Source: an uncultured Candidatus Saccharibacteria bacterium (GTDB taxonomy: Bacteria > Patescibacteriota > Minisyncoccia > Phycocordibacterales > UBA1006). Taken from it: 64,000 nucleotides of DNA. Position numbers and translations under genes: made by a program. The notes beneath the pieces are model-generated. The model was not told the DNA's origin. It was given only the letters and a program-made list of their open reading frames with translations, and made no database searches. Each line of letters begins with the position of its first letter. Within the stretch, counting starts at the first letter, position 1. Of the stretch, positions 46,964 to 56,501 are shown piece by piece. The stretch is taken from the NCBI GenBank assembly GCA_964464735.1, contig CAYXKF010000001.1, positions 35,690 to 99,689 of the forward strand. The letters are read 5' to 3'.

Positions 46964-47545
46964 TTAGTTTTCTTTTTCAATTTTTTTAAGGATCGATGGG
47001 ATTTTGGCAAAATCTTCAATTAATATTTCGCGCATGCCGCCGTTGTATAACGCCGAGGCTGGATGGTACAGCGGTAAAAAATATTCGGTATTTATATGCT
47101 TAAATTTTTTGTGTATTAATTTTCCGTGCACTGCAGAAATTTTTAAATCAGGAAAAAAGTCGTTCATCGAATGGCGGCCTAAAAAGATAATTACTTTTGG
47201 TGCGATAAAATTCAATTCGGCATAGAGCCATGGCGCGCATGCAGCTTTTTCAGAAGGCTCGGGATCGCGATTATTTGGTGGGCGGTATTTGACAATGTTG
47301 GTTATATAAATGTCTTCGCGCTTCATGCCAATGGTGCCAAGCATTTCGTTTAAAAATTTACCCGCGGCGCCGACAAAGGGAATGCCTTGTTGGTCTTCGC
47401 TTTTGCCCGGCGCCTCGCCAATAAAGACAATCTGGCTTTTAGGGTTTCCGTTGCCAAACACGGGTTGGGTCGCCGTCTTTTTTAGGGCAATGTCGGTCAA
47501 TTGGTGAAAATGGGTATGAAGGTCGGTTAGTTTGTTAAATTCCAT
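46964..47545 (-). CDS. uracil-DNA glycosylase, family 4
   Basis: GEAPGKSEDQQGIPFVGAAGKFLNEML and the C-terminal HPASALYNG match family-4 UDG motifs. Confidence 0.85.
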   Translation of the reverse strand: MEFNKLTDLHTHFHQLTDIALKKTATQPVFGNGNPKSQIVFIGEAPGKSEDQQGIPFVGAAGKFLNEMLGTIGMKREDIYITNIVKYRPPNNRDPEPSEKAACAPWLYAELNFIAPKVIIFLGRHSMNDFFPDLKISAVHGKLIHKKFKHINTEYFLPLYHPASALYNGGMREILIEDFAKIPSILKKIEKEN

Positions 47546-47619
47546 GCCTTTATATTAGCGTTAAAGGCTTACTATGCCAACCTTGATTTTGGCCTGTAAT
47601 TAAAGTACCATCGCCATAT

Positions 47620-47889
47620 ATGTTAGGAGGAATATTTTCTAAACTTAAAAACGCGGCGATCGGCAAGCTTTTGGAAAAGCAGCTTTCGCAATTACCACCC
47701 GAATACCGCGATATGGTTTTAAAGGCTGTCGAAGCGAATCCAAAATTCTTTAAGCAAATTGCCGACGAAGTCGAAGAAGCCAAGAAAAAGGGGATGAACG
47801 AACAGTATGCAACCATGCAGGTAATGGCAAAACACAAAGATCAAATGCAAAAGCTGTTCATGGATGCTGTTTCGGGCGAACAAAAGTAA
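47620..47889 (+). CDS. hypothetical small protein
   Basis: 89-aa helical, charged ORF immediately upstream of ychF. Confidence 0.35.
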   Translation: MLGGIFSKLKNAAIGKLLEKQLSQLPPEYRDMVLKAVEANPKFFKQIADEVEEAKKKGMNEQYATMQVMAKHKDQMQKLFMDAVSGEQK

Positions 47890-47898
47890 TTTAACCTT

Positions 47899-49008
47899 AT
47901 GAAACTTTCGATCGGAATTGTAGGCCTGCCAAACGTGGGCAAATCAACTTTTTTTAACGCGCTTACCAAAAACGCGGTTCCTGCCGCGAACTACCCGTTT
48001 TGCACTATTGACCCGTCGGTCGGCATTGTTGCGGTACCTGATGAACGGTTGCAAATACTCTCAAATTTCTCAAAATCAGCAAAAACTATTCCGGCAGCGA
48101 TCGAATTTGTTGATATTGCGGGACTTGTCGAAGGCGCCGCATCAGGCCAAGGTTTGGGCAATCAATTTTTGTCGCACATTCGCGAAACGGACGCAATTTT
48201 AGAAATGGTGCGCATTTTTCCTATTACCGGCGCGGGTGATGACATTACACATGTGTATGGAACGGTAGACCCTTTGAGGGATATTGGCGTCATTAATATG
48301 GAACTGATGCTTGCTGATTTGCAAACCGTTGAAAAGCGCCTTGCAAACATTGGCCGTGATATAAAGCGTGGTGACAAAGATGCGGTTGCCGAGGGGGCGA
48401 TTTTGGAAAAATTAAAAGTCGCGCTTGAATCAGGTCACATGGCAAACACGGTTTCGATTCTTGAACCCGAAGAAAAAGCGGTAAAGCAATTAAACTTACT
48501 TACGACTAAAAAATTTATTTACGGATTAAATAAGCGCTCGGGCGTTGATAATTTAGATAAGACTGATGCAACAAAGTTTAGCGAACTAACCAAAGCAATC
48601 GAAGCAATGGGATCCCAGTGGGTGGTTATTGATGCGAAGCTTGAAGACGAATTAAAAGAATTTGAAGGCGCTGAAAAAGATACCCTTCGCGAAACATACG
48701 GCGAACATGAAGATGGGGTGCGTGACCTCATTAAGGCGTGCTATAAACTGCTTGGCCTTGAAACATACCTAACAACTGGTCCCGACGAAACCCGTGCATG
48801 GACGATTGCGAAAAATTCGACCGCTCCGGTTGCTGCAGCCGCGATTCATACTGATTTTCAAAATAAGTTTATCCGCGCCGAAGTGGTATTTTGGCAAGAT
48901 TTGATTGATGCCGGCAGTTACGGCGAAGCGCGTGCAAAAGGAAAGGTGCGTGTCGAAGGAAAGGAATACATTGTAAAAGACGGGGATGTTATTGAATTTC
49001 GCATTTAA
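47899..49008 (+). CDS. ychF: ribosome-binding ATPase YchF (Obg family)
   Basis: G1 GIVGLPNVGKSTFFNALT, and a C-terminal TGS domain ending YIVKDGDVIEFRI. 369 aa. Confidence 0.95.
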   Translation: MKLSIGIVGLPNVGKSTFFNALTKNAVPAANYPFCTIDPSVGIVAVPDERLQILSNFSKSAKTIPAAIEFVDIAGLVEGAASGQGLGNQFLSHIRETDAILEMVRIFPITGAGDDITHVYGTVDPLRDIGVINMELMLADLQTVEKRLANIGRDIKRGDKDAVAEGAILEKLKVALESGHMANTVSILEPEEKAVKQLNLLTTKKFIYGLNKRSGVDNLDKTDATKFSELTKAIEAMGSQWVVIDAKLEDELKEFEGAEKDTLRETYGEHEDGVRDLIKACYKLLGLETYLTTGPDETRAWTIAKNSTAPVAAAAIHTDFQNKFIRAEVVFWQDLIDAGSYGEARAKGKVRVEGKEYIVKDGDVIEFRI

Positions 49009-49108
49009 CTTTTAAGAAAGGGCTCTTGGGCACTTTTGACATATTACAAAAAGCATGTAATATAAATTTGAAACCAATTTAGTTAACATATTTTAAAAGT
49101 GAGTAATT

Positions 49109-49660
49109 ATGGACCAAAGTGTAGTTAATTACCTAAATGAATGTCAGCAAGGTGCCCGATGTAAAACAGAATTGAAGGCCATTGGCCCTTTTTATTTTCT
49201 TGAGATGCATTTCCCCGAGCAGTGGGATATTCCACGCGAACATTACGATAATCTTATTAAGCGTGATGGTTCAGAGAAATCCGGATATATATTGTTTACG
49301 GATGAGATGAAAGGCGATCGTGATCCAAAGCCAAAAACATTGCGACTTTGTGGAGTAGATCAAGACGCGCCATTTAAAACATTGCGTGAGGCTGAATCTA
49401 TTTTGCAGACATATGGCATGTATCCACCTACAATAAAGGAGATGTCATATGCGTATCATAATTTACTCGAAGGAACTCGACATCCTTATATTGCGACCTT
49501 TAATAAGGTTATCGAGAAATTACCGATAGGAAGTCCACGCAATGGCACTATCATATTGCCCTCATCGTATCGACCAGCTCAAAAAAACTTTGTGGTTGAC
49601 GTGGGGGTACAACCATTCGATAAAAACATTACTCTTATTGCAGCAGTAACCGTTCATTAA
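49109..49660 (+). CDS. hypothetical protein
   Basis: 183-aa ORF with no recognizable motif, followed by a terminator. Confidence 0.4.
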   Translation: MDQSVVNYLNECQQGARCKTELKAIGPFYFLEMHFPEQWDIPREHYDNLIKRDGSEKSGYILFTDEMKGDRDPKPKTLRLCGVDQDAPFKTLREAESILQTYGMYPPTIKEMSYAYHNLLEGTRHPYIATFNKVIEKLPIGSPRNGTIILPSSYRPAQKNFVVDVGVQPFDKNITLIAAVTVH

Positions 49661-49675
49661 CGCACAGTTTAAAAA

Positions 49676-49710
49676 ATAAAGCCCCGAGCAAAATGCCGGG
49701 GCTTTATCTA
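49676..49710. terminator. bidirectional Rho-independent terminator (serves + strand CDS and minus-strand tmRNA)
   Basis: aaaaaataaa-GCCCCG-agcaaaatgc-CGGGGC-tttatct. The reverse complement also gives a hairpin plus a T-run. Confidence 0.6.
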
Positions 49711-49713
49711 TTG

Positions 49714-50104
49714 TGGAGATGGAGGGTATCGAGCCCTCGTACATGCATGATAACCATGCAAATCTACGTGCGTGTTTTGTTTAGGTGCCTTTCGGCATTC
49801 CGCTGTATCTTGTCATTAAACAAACAAACAAGGCACAGTATGCTGCACTGATACGATGTTGCTTCGTGCAGAATAAGCAAAAAAGTACTTAGAAATTATC
49901 AAACACGGCCTGATATGTCTAAGTGCATATCAGCGTGCTCCAAGCGCTTAGGCTCGGGCGAAAGAAGCGAATCCAAAAAATGGAGACGCTACCGCAGTTT
50001 TAGATTTTGCACTAAAATGCTGTACGCGTATTTTGACGCGCGCGACGTACGCGAGCGGCACGCATTGCATGATTATGATCATCCATGGCATTCAATACAT
50101 CCCC
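49714..50104 (-). ncRNA. ssrA: candidate tmRNA (ssrA), divergent
   Basis: It lies 88 nt downstream of smpB on the same strand. The 5' GGGGATG pairs with the 3' CATCTCC to form a 7-bp acceptor stem with G3.U70 (the Ala identity element), discriminator A, and a T-arm GAGGG-CTCGATA-CCCTC. 5' and 3' proximal segments can pair to form P2 (CATGCA/TGCATG). The internal reading frame is UAGU-GCA AAA UCU AAA ACU GCG GUA GCG UCU CCA UUU UUU GGA UUC GCU UCU UUC GCC CGA GCC UAA, giving the tag AKSKTAVASPFFGFASFARA. The total length is 391 nt. The ORF-track ORF at 49915..50208 on the opposite strand is probably spurious. Confidence 0.6.
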
Positions 50105-50191
50105 AAAATCTTTGTAGCGGAAATTTTTTAAGAACCCAGCGGTTCTCAATTACCATCCGGCAAGCCGGGGTGTTTTCCGTTAACTGTGTTA

Positions 50192-50641
50192 TCAAAGAAT
50201 TTCTTTGATTGAACGCTTGTCGGCCTTTTTCTTAAGGCTTTGGCGCTTATCAAAAAGCTTTTTCTTTTTTCCTAATCCGATGCGCAGTCGCATCCGATTA
50301 CGGTTTAAATATACCATTAAAGGTATAAGTGTCAACGATCCGCTTTTACGCTCGACTAACAATTTTTCAATTTCGCCTTTGTTTAGCAAGATTTTTCGCT
50401 TACGGTACGGCTGGTGCTTACTGGCCTTATTGTTTGGCTGATAAGGCGGAATAAACGATTCGGCGAGCCATGCTTCGCCCTGTTTAGAAATATGAATATG
50501 TGAACCCTCAAGCGACCCATGGCTGGCGCGCAGTGATTTTACCTCTGACCCGGTCAGCAAAAGCCCCGCTTCAACAGTGTCCTTGACATCATAAAACCGT
50601 TCGGCATTTTTGTTTTTTACCAATGGCTGCATGGCAAGCAT
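50192..50641 (-). CDS. smpB: SsrA-binding protein
   Basis: 149 aa. ERFYDVKDTVEAGLLLTGSEVKSLR and the C-terminal basic tail are typical of SmpB. Confidence 0.9.
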   Translation of the reverse strand: MLAMQPLVKNKNAERFYDVKDTVEAGLLLTGSEVKSLRASHGSLEGSHIHISKQGEAWLAESFIPPYQPNNKASKHQPYRKRKILLNKGEIEKLLVERKSGSLTLIPLMVYLNRNRMRLRIGLGKKKKLFDKRQSLKKKADKRSIKEIL

Positions 50642-50718
50642 TGTAGCACGACATCTGCATCGCTCAAAAAACGGTTTTTTATTGCTTTTGCATTAAATAT
50701 CCCTATAATGCAGGTGAT

Positions 50719-52599
50719 ATGAAGCAAAAGGCTCCAAACCCTAAAAAAATATTGCGCCAATTTATGGCACATATTATATCGCTGGTGATTTTGATCATCT
50801 GCGTCGGGTTTTTATATGCGGGCCTAAGCTATAGCAAAAAAAAGCAGGCGACCGAAGCAATCAGCGTTTCGCAAGTGGCGCAACTCGTAAAAGAAGGGCA
50901 AGTAAAAGCCATGACCCTTCGTGGCGAAAAAATTGAACTAGCATTGCAAGACGGCACCAAAAAGACTGCTAAAAAAGAAAACGACGCATCGCTGTCAGAA
51001 ACATTGGTTGCGTACGGTGTAACGCCAACGCAATTACAGGTGGTTGATTTTGAAATTCAAAACGATCGTGGGTTTGGATATATCTTTTTAAATATCTTGC
51101 CCATCCTGGCGCCTATTTTATTTTTTGTGATTTTGATTTGGTTTTTGTCGGGCCAAATGAAAGGTGGTGGCATGAAGGCCTTTAGTTTTGGGCAGTCTCG
51201 CGCACGCGTAACTGACCCCGATAAGCAAAACGTTACCTTTGATGACGTTGCCGGAAACGAAGTTGCAAAAATCGAACTTGCCGAAGTCGTCGACTTTTTA
51301 AAGAATCCAAAAAAATTCTTAGACATTGGTGCCACAATTCCTAAGGGCGTATTGTTAATGGGTGCACCCGGAACGGGCAAGACATTACTTGCGCGTGCGG
51401 TTGCAGGCGAAGCAAAGGTGCCTTTTTTTCACTTGTCGGGATCCGAATTTGTCGAAATGTTTGTTGGCGTGGGTGCGTCGCGTGTACGTGATTTGTTTGA
51501 CCAAGCAAAAGCAAATGCCCCGGCAATTATCTTTATCGACGAAATTGATGCCGTAGGGCGTCATCGTGGTGTTGGTATTGGCGGCGGAAACGATGAGCGC
51601 GAGCAAACCTTAAATCAAATTTTAGTCGAGATGGATGGCTTTGAACCGACCGAAAAAATTATCGTGATTGCTGCAACAAACCGAAGCGACGTACTTGACC
51701 CGGCATTGCTTCGCCCAGGGCGATTTGACCGTCGCGTCATTTTAGATTTGCCTGACCGCAAAGAACGCTTGGCGATTTTGCAGGTGCATGCACGCAAAAA
51801 GCAGTTAGGCGAAGATATTAACCTTGAAGTTATTGCCGAACGCACGCCAGGATTTTCGGGTGCCGACTTGCAATCGCTAATGAATGAGGCTGCAATATTT
51901 GCCGCACGCGAAAACCGTAAAAAAATAGCACAATATGATATTATTCGTTCAATCGAAAAAGTGATGATCGGCCCTGAACGCAAATCGCATTTGCATAGCG
52001 AAAAAGAACGACGTATTGTTGCATACCACGAAGCAGGCCATGCCATTTTGGCGTCATTGCTTGAACATGCCGATCCGGTGCACAAAGTATCAATTGTTGC
52101 GCGTGGATACACGGGAGGGTTTACGATGAAGCTTCCAATCGAGGAACGCAAATTGCAATCGAAAAATGAATTTTTGGATGATATTGTCGTTTCGATGGGT
52201 GGCTATGTTGCCGAAAAAGCAGTGTTTGGCGATATTACAACCGGACCTTCAAACGACTTACAGGTTGCATCGCGCATGGCATACAGTATGGTGACCCGTT
52301 GGGGTATGTCTGACAAAATTGGGCCAATTGCGCTTGAGGCCGCCGACGGCAGTTCACTGTCCGAACATGGTTCGGCATTTAGTAACCACACAGGTACGCT
52401 TATCGCCGAAGAAGTTTCAAAAATCATTCATGAATCTTTGGCACGCGCACAGCAGCTAGTGCAAGATAATCGTGCAGTTTTGGATGCTGTTGCTGATACT
52501 TTGCTTGAGAAAGAAACTATCGAACAAGACGAATACAACGCCCTTATTGAACGCTTTGGCATTATTGCTAAAAAGCGCAGTGAAGAAACAAAAACTTAG
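50719..52599 (+). CDS. ftsH: ATP-dependent zinc metalloprotease FtsH
   Basis: Two N-terminal TM helices, AAA+ Walker [12 protein letters not shown], and the Zn-binding HEAGHAI. 626 aa. Confidence 0.95.
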   Translation: MKQKAPNPKKILRQFMAHIISLVILIICVGFLYAGLSYSKKKQATEAISVSQVAQLVKEGQVKAMTLRGEKIELALQDGTKKTAKKENDASLSETLVAYGVTPTQLQVVDFEIQNDRGFGYIFLNILPILAPILFFVILIWFLSGQMKGGGMKAFSFGQSRARVTDPDKQNVTFDDVAGNEVAKIELAEVVDFLKNPKKFLDIGATIPKGVLLMGAPGTGKTLLARAVAGEAKVPFFHLSGSEFVEMFVGVGASRVRDLFDQAKANAPAIIFIDEIDAVGRHRGVGIGGGNDEREQTLNQILVEMDGFEPTEKIIVIAATNRSDVLDPALLRPGRFDRRVILDLPDRKERLAILQVHARKKQLGEDINLEVIAERTPGFSGADLQSLMNEAAIFAARENRKKIAQYDIIRSIEKVMIGPERKSHLHSEKERRIVAYHEAGHAILASLLEHADPVHKVSIVARGYTGGFTMKLPIEERKLQSKNEFLDDIVVSMGGYVAEKAVFGDITTGPSNDLQVASRMAYSMVTRWGMSDKIGPIALEAADGSSLSEHGSAFSNHTGTLIAEEVSKIIHESLARAQQLVQDNRAVLDAVADTLLEKETIEQDEYNALIERFGIIAKKRSEETKT

Positions 52600-52604
52600 C
52601 ACGT

Positions 52605-53213
52605 ATGATTGCACGCATGCTTTCTCCAATTACGTCGTTATGCAAAACGATCTGGGGAGTGTGCCGTTTTAACCGCGCGCCAAAGCGCTGTATTCCAGAC
52701 GGAGACTGCATTGTTTCGCCCGCGATGGGAAAGGTGGTTGCTATTCATTTACTTACCAGTACTGACCTAACTTTTTTTAAGCATGACATCCGAAATTGCA
52801 TTTCGGTTGATGGCGTTACGTTGCCGGCGCATGTCATTATCATCGAGCTAACGCTTCGCGATGTGCATGTGCAGCGCGCCCCGATTGACGCAACGATAAT
52901 GCATATAGAACATTTTACAGGAAAGCATCACAGTGCCGTTAATAAACATACGATGGATGGCTTGGTAAATACGAACGAAAAAGTTTTTACGCTATTTAAA
53001 AATGATACCGAAACCATAGGTGTCATTCAGGTGGCGGGTTTGGCTGCGCGGCGTATCCGTTCAAATGTTGATGTTGGGCAAAAAATACAAAAAGGCGAAG
53101 TCTTTGGAAATATTATTTTGGGTTCGCAGGTTATTTTGATTATCCCACAAATACATACCCTTAAGGTTGCGGTAGGAGATTTGCTTATTGATGGTGAGAC
53201 GGTTATTGCGTAG
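52605..53213 (+). CDS. phosphatidylserine decarboxylase family protein (short archaeal-type form), tentative
   Basis: 202 aa. The C-terminal LGSQV resembles the G-S-T self-cleavage site of PSD proenzymes. The overall size fits the short PSD subclass. Confidence 0.5.
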   Translation: MIARMLSPITSLCKTIWGVCRFNRAPKRCIPDGDCIVSPAMGKVVAIHLLTSTDLTFFKHDIRNCISVDGVTLPAHVIIIELTLRDVHVQRAPIDATIMHIEHFTGKHHSAVNKHTMDGLVNTNEKVFTLFKNDTETIGVIQVAGLAARRIRSNVDVGQKIQKGEVFGNIILGSQVILIIPQIHTLKVAVGDLLIDGETVIA

Positions 53214-53263
53214 CGTTTGCTTTTTTGTTCTCCTGGGCGTAAAATCCCCAAAAACGAATAGCT

Positions 53264-53584
53264 ATGCATAATACAGAAAACCTTACCGTTTCGAATATCA
53301 GTATGATGCTCGAAATACCTGGCAGTGTCACCTTCAGGAATGTGATTAATTTATTTGCCTTGCTTAAAAAACCATTTCAGGTTGCAACTAAGAGTTTTGT
53401 TGAGGCTCAACAAAATGAGGAAAAAAGATTAATCATTGACGAAAAGCTTGATAATCATTCTTTCCGCAGCACTATTAAAAAACTTGTTGATGAATACACA
53501 AAACAGCAAATTCAATTCCAGCAACTTATACATACCATTTACGTGCATGTGCAAGATTTACAAAAATGCATTATGCAAGCATAA
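53264..53584 (+). CDS. hypothetical protein
   Basis: 106-aa helical ORF. Confidence 0.35.
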   Translation: MHNTENLTVSNISMMLEIPGSVTFRNVINLFALLKKPFQVATKSFVEAQQNEEKRLIIDEKLDNHSFRSTIKKLVDEYTKQQIQFQQLIHTIYVHVQDLQKCIMQA

Positions 53585-53591
53585 AATACAA

Positions 53592-53750
53592 ATGCTTCGA
53601 CTATTGTTGGTAATTTGCAAAGAGTTTAATGACGAAGACGGATGGGTTTCAGGTATTTTTCAGATAATATCAATAATCTGTTGGATATCGTTTTACTTGT
53701 TTTGGTTCGCTCAAATACTATCTGCCGGGGGTGATATTCCTCGCAGGTAA
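53592..53750 (+). CDS. possible small single-pass membrane protein (52 aa)
   Basis: ATG at 53592 gives MLRLLLVICKEFNDEDGWVSGIFQIISIICWISFYLFWFAQILSAGGDIPRR. It is followed directly by a strong terminator. Below the ORF-track length cutoff in this start position. Confidence 0.25.
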   Translation: MLRLLLVICKEFNDEDGWVSGIFQIISIICWISFYLFWFAQILSAGGDIPRR

Positions 53751-53759
53751 AAACTTTTT

Positions 53760-53788
53760 CTGGCGCCTATTACAGGGCGCCTTTTTTA
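53760..53788 (+). terminator. Rho-independent terminator upstream of glyA
   Basis: GGCGCC-tattacag-GGCGCC-TTTTTT. Confidence 0.65.
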
Positions 53789-53849
53789 ATGCATTTTTTA
53801 TCTTCTGGCAAGGGTTTTCAATATTAATACTTTCAAGTACAATCCAATC

Positions 53850-55109
53850 ATGTCATTCTTAGCCGATACTGATCCCCAAATTGCACAAGCGCTTGAAGGC
53901 GAGACTAAGCGCCAAAGCGAAGGGCTTGAGCTTATTCCATCTGAAAACTATGTATCGAAAGCCGTGCTACAAGCAATGGGCTCGGTTTTTACCAACAAAT
54001 ATTCCGAAGGATACCCCGGCCGACGCTACTATGGTGGGCAAGAATTTACCGACGAAGTCGAGCGCCTAGCGATCGAACGTATTTGCAAACTTTTTAACTG
54101 TAAGTTCGCCAATGTGCAGGCGCATTCGGGCGCTCCGGCAAACTTGGCGGTGTATAGTGCGCTACTTGAACCAGGCGACACCGTGCTTGGCATGGATCTT
54201 TCGCACGGCGGGCACTTGACGCATGGTCACCCAATGACGCTGCCGGCAAAGATCTATAAGTTCATAACGTATAAAATGAAAGATCCCGATACGGGCGAGA
54301 TCGACTACGATCACTTACGGGCGATGGCGCTTGAACACAAGCCTAAAATTATTTTGGCAGGATTTAGTGCGTACCCGCGAACGCTTGATTATAGAAAGTT
54401 CGTCGAAATTGCACACGAAGTCGGCGCAATTACCGTGGCAGACATGGCGCACATTGCAGGACTGATTGCCGGCAAAGCGCTTGAAAATCCGTTTGATTAT
54501 GATTTTGATATTATTACTTCGACAACTCACAAAACGCTTCGCGGTCCGCGTGGGGGAATTATTTTGACGCGCGAAAGCGAAGAGATTGCAAAAAAAATAG
54601 ACAAGGCGATTTTCCCTGGCATCCAAGGCGGTCCGCACATGCATGTTATTGCCGCAAAGGCAGTTGCGTTTTTAGAAGCATCGACACCGGCGTTTCAAAA
54701 TTATGCACGCCAGGTTCTTAAAAATGCAAAAGCAATGGAAGAGGTGTTCCGCCGTGAAAACGTGCGCATGATCGGCGGGGGAACCGACAACCATTTGCTG
54801 CTTGTTGATGTGTTTGGATCGCTTGGGGTTACTGGTAAAGAAGCACAGACTGTCTTGGATGAAGTTGGTATTACGCTTAACATGAACTCGATTGCAAACG
54901 ATACCCGTAAGCCGCTTGACCCGTCGGGAATCCGATTGGGAACCCCGGCTATTACCACCCGCGGATTTATAGAAGCTGACTGCGCACGCGTCGCTGAACT
55001 GATCATCGAGACGTTGAAGAATAAAGATGACGCCGAGGTGAAAGTAAAGATCCACAGCGAAGTAAAAGAAATGGCAAAAGCGCATCCTGTTCCGGATAGT
55101 TTTGTATGA
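53850..55109 (+). CDS. glyA: serine hydroxymethyltransferase
   Basis: SHGGHLTHG and the PLP-lysine region TSTTHKTLRGPRGG. 419 aa. Confidence 0.95.
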   Translation: MSFLADTDPQIAQALEGETKRQSEGLELIPSENYVSKAVLQAMGSVFTNKYSEGYPGRRYYGGQEFTDEVERLAIERICKLFNCKFANVQAHSGAPANLAVYSALLEPGDTVLGMDLSHGGHLTHGHPMTLPAKIYKFITYKMKDPDTGEIDYDHLRAMALEHKPKIILAGFSAYPRTLDYRKFVEIAHEVGAITVADMAHIAGLIAGKALENPFDYDFDIITSTTHKTLRGPRGGIILTRESEEIAKKIDKAIFPGIQGGPHMHVIAAKAVAFLEASTPAFQNYARQVLKNAKAMEEVFRRENVRMIGGGTDNHLLLVDVFGSLGVTGKEAQTVLDEVGITLNMNSIANDTRKPLDPSGIRLGTPAITTRGFIEADCARVAELIIETLKNKDDAEVKVKIHSEVKEMAKAHPVPDSFV

Positions 55110-55690
55110 GTACTCCCTTAGAAAAGTTTAGTGCAATAGTAAAAGAAAATTTTTCTCGTGAAGATTTTGCATATCACGAGTGGATGAACGAATATCATTT
55201 AAATATTGTGCATCGTATTGCCCTGGAGCTTTGCGATAAGTATCCACAAGCCGACAGAAACGTTGTCGAGGCCTTGGTATGGTTTCATGACTTCGGAAAG
55301 CCGCTTGACGAGAAAAACGAAAAAGCTGTTACTATTGAAAAAGGTACAGCTTGTATGCGCGAATGTGGTTTTGAGGGTCTATTTATTTCACGAGTAGTTG
55401 AATATTGGAATTTGATGGAGCAAAAGAATGAAATTGATATTGCTACAACGCCAATTGAAGTACAAATTATTTCATCGGCGGATGGTGCTTCGCATTTTAC
55501 TGGAGTATTTTATCCAAGCTATTTTGGCGATGGCCTTTCTTTTAAGCAAACCCAAGAAGAATTGCGGGTAAAAATCGACAAAGACTGGAATCGCAAGATC
55601 GTACTCCCTGAAGCAAAGGCAGCATTTAAAAAATATTATGAGCGGGCACTGGAAATGCTTGGCCAATTTCCGGATAAATTTATACAATAA
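55106..55690 (+). CDS. HD-domain phosphohydrolase
   Basis: H...HD motif (VHRIALEL ... WFHDFGK). It overlaps the glyA stop by 4 nt. Confidence 0.7.
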   Translation: MSTPLEKFSAIVKENFSREDFAYHEWMNEYHLNIVHRIALELCDKYPQADRNVVEALVWFHDFGKPLDEKNEKAVTIEKGTACMRECGFEGLFISRVVEYWNLMEQKNEIDIATTPIEVQIISSADGASHFTGVFYPSYFGDGLSFKQTQEELRVKIDKDWNRKIVLPEAKAAFKKYYERALEMLGQFPDKFIQ

Positions 55691-55695
55691 AGCAT

Positions 55696-56376
55696 ATGGC
55701 ACGAGGCAAACTAATTGTATTTGATGGCAATGATGGATCTGGCAAGCAGACCCAGATGCTTAAGATTGTTGAGCGGCTAGAAAAAGAAGGGCACAAAGTC
55801 CGCACTTTGGACTTTCCTCAGTATGATAATAACTTCTTTGGACACTTGATTGGCGAAGGACAAACGGGTGCGTTTGGCAAATGGACCGAACTTCCGTCAA
55901 AGTTAATTTCGATTACCTATGCTGCCGACAGGTTTGAAAGCAAAGACCAAATTGAATCATGGTTAAGCCAGGGTTATACTGTGTTTCTTGATCGCTACGT
56001 TTCGGCAAACCAAATTCATCAGGGCGGAAAAATTCATGATGTGTTAGAGCGCCGTGACTTTTTAGGCTGGCTTTCAAAAATGGAATACGAGGTGTTTAAG
56101 ATTCCTAAGCCAAGCCACACGTTTTATTTTGACGTATCAATCAATACTTCTTTTGAAAACCTCAAAAAGAAAAAGCCCGAACGGTATAAAGCGGGACAAG
56201 AAGACCAGACCGAAAACGACCGCACCTACTTAGAAAACTCACGCGAATGTGCGCTATGGATGGCATCGCAAAATAATACCTGGACGCTTATTAATTGTAT
56301 GGACGAGGAATCAATGCGCAGTATCGAAGATATCCACGAAGAGGTGTATGAAAACTTAACAAAAAACCTGCTGTAA
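55696..56376 (+). CDS. tmk: thymidylate kinase family protein
   Basis: P-loop IVFDGNDGSGKQTQ, DRYVSANQIHQGG (matching the Tmk DRH..S..AYQGG), and the LID region. Confidence 0.65.
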   Translation: MARGKLIVFDGNDGSGKQTQMLKIVERLEKEGHKVRTLDFPQYDNNFFGHLIGEGQTGAFGKWTELPSKLISITYAADRFESKDQIESWLSQGYTVFLDRYVSANQIHQGGKIHDVLERRDFLGWLSKMEYEVFKIPKPSHTFYFDVSINTSFENLKKKKPERYKAGQEDQTENDRTYLENSRECALWMASQNNTWTLINCMDEESMRSIEDIHEEVYENLTKNLL

Positions 56377-56391
56377 AAAGCAGGTTTTTTG
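56362..56391. terminator. bidirectional Rho-independent terminator overlapping the tmk stop (also serves minus-strand tRNA)
   Basis: aaaaaa-CCTGCT-gtaaaa-AGCAGG-tttttt. Confidence 0.65.
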
Positions 56392-56398
56392 TTTGCTG

Positions 56399-56471
56399 TG
56401 GGTGTGCATGGACTCGAACCATGGACCACCGAGGTATAAGCTCGGCGCTCTACCAACTGAGCTACACACCC
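56399..56471 (-). tRNA. tRNA-Ile with UAU anticodon (AUA decoder), unusual
   Basis: The reverse complement folds as GGGTGTG-TA-GCTCAGTTGGTAGAGC-G-CCGAG-CTTATAC-CTCGG-TGGTC-CATGGTTCGAGTCCATG-CACACCC with discriminator A. The anticodon loop CUUAUAC gives anticodon UAU. Confidence 0.75.
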
Positions 56472-56501
56472 AACGGCTTAAAATCTAGCATAAAATGATT
56501 A

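Noticed and set aside
49915-50208. 97-aa ORF on the + strand from the ORF track
   Set aside because: It lies entirely within the minus-strand tmRNA candidate and the smpB-ssrA spacer. There is no RBS and the composition is odd, so it is likely spurious.
51615-52151. 178-aa antisense ORF inside ftsH, with similar long antisense ORFs inside gyrA (32010-32489, 32547-32924), rpsA (28289-28594), infB (42766-43119) and recG (57664-58185)
   Set aside because: They overlap strongly supported conserved genes on the opposite strand. Such shadow ORFs are typical in this kind of sequence, and there are no independent signals.
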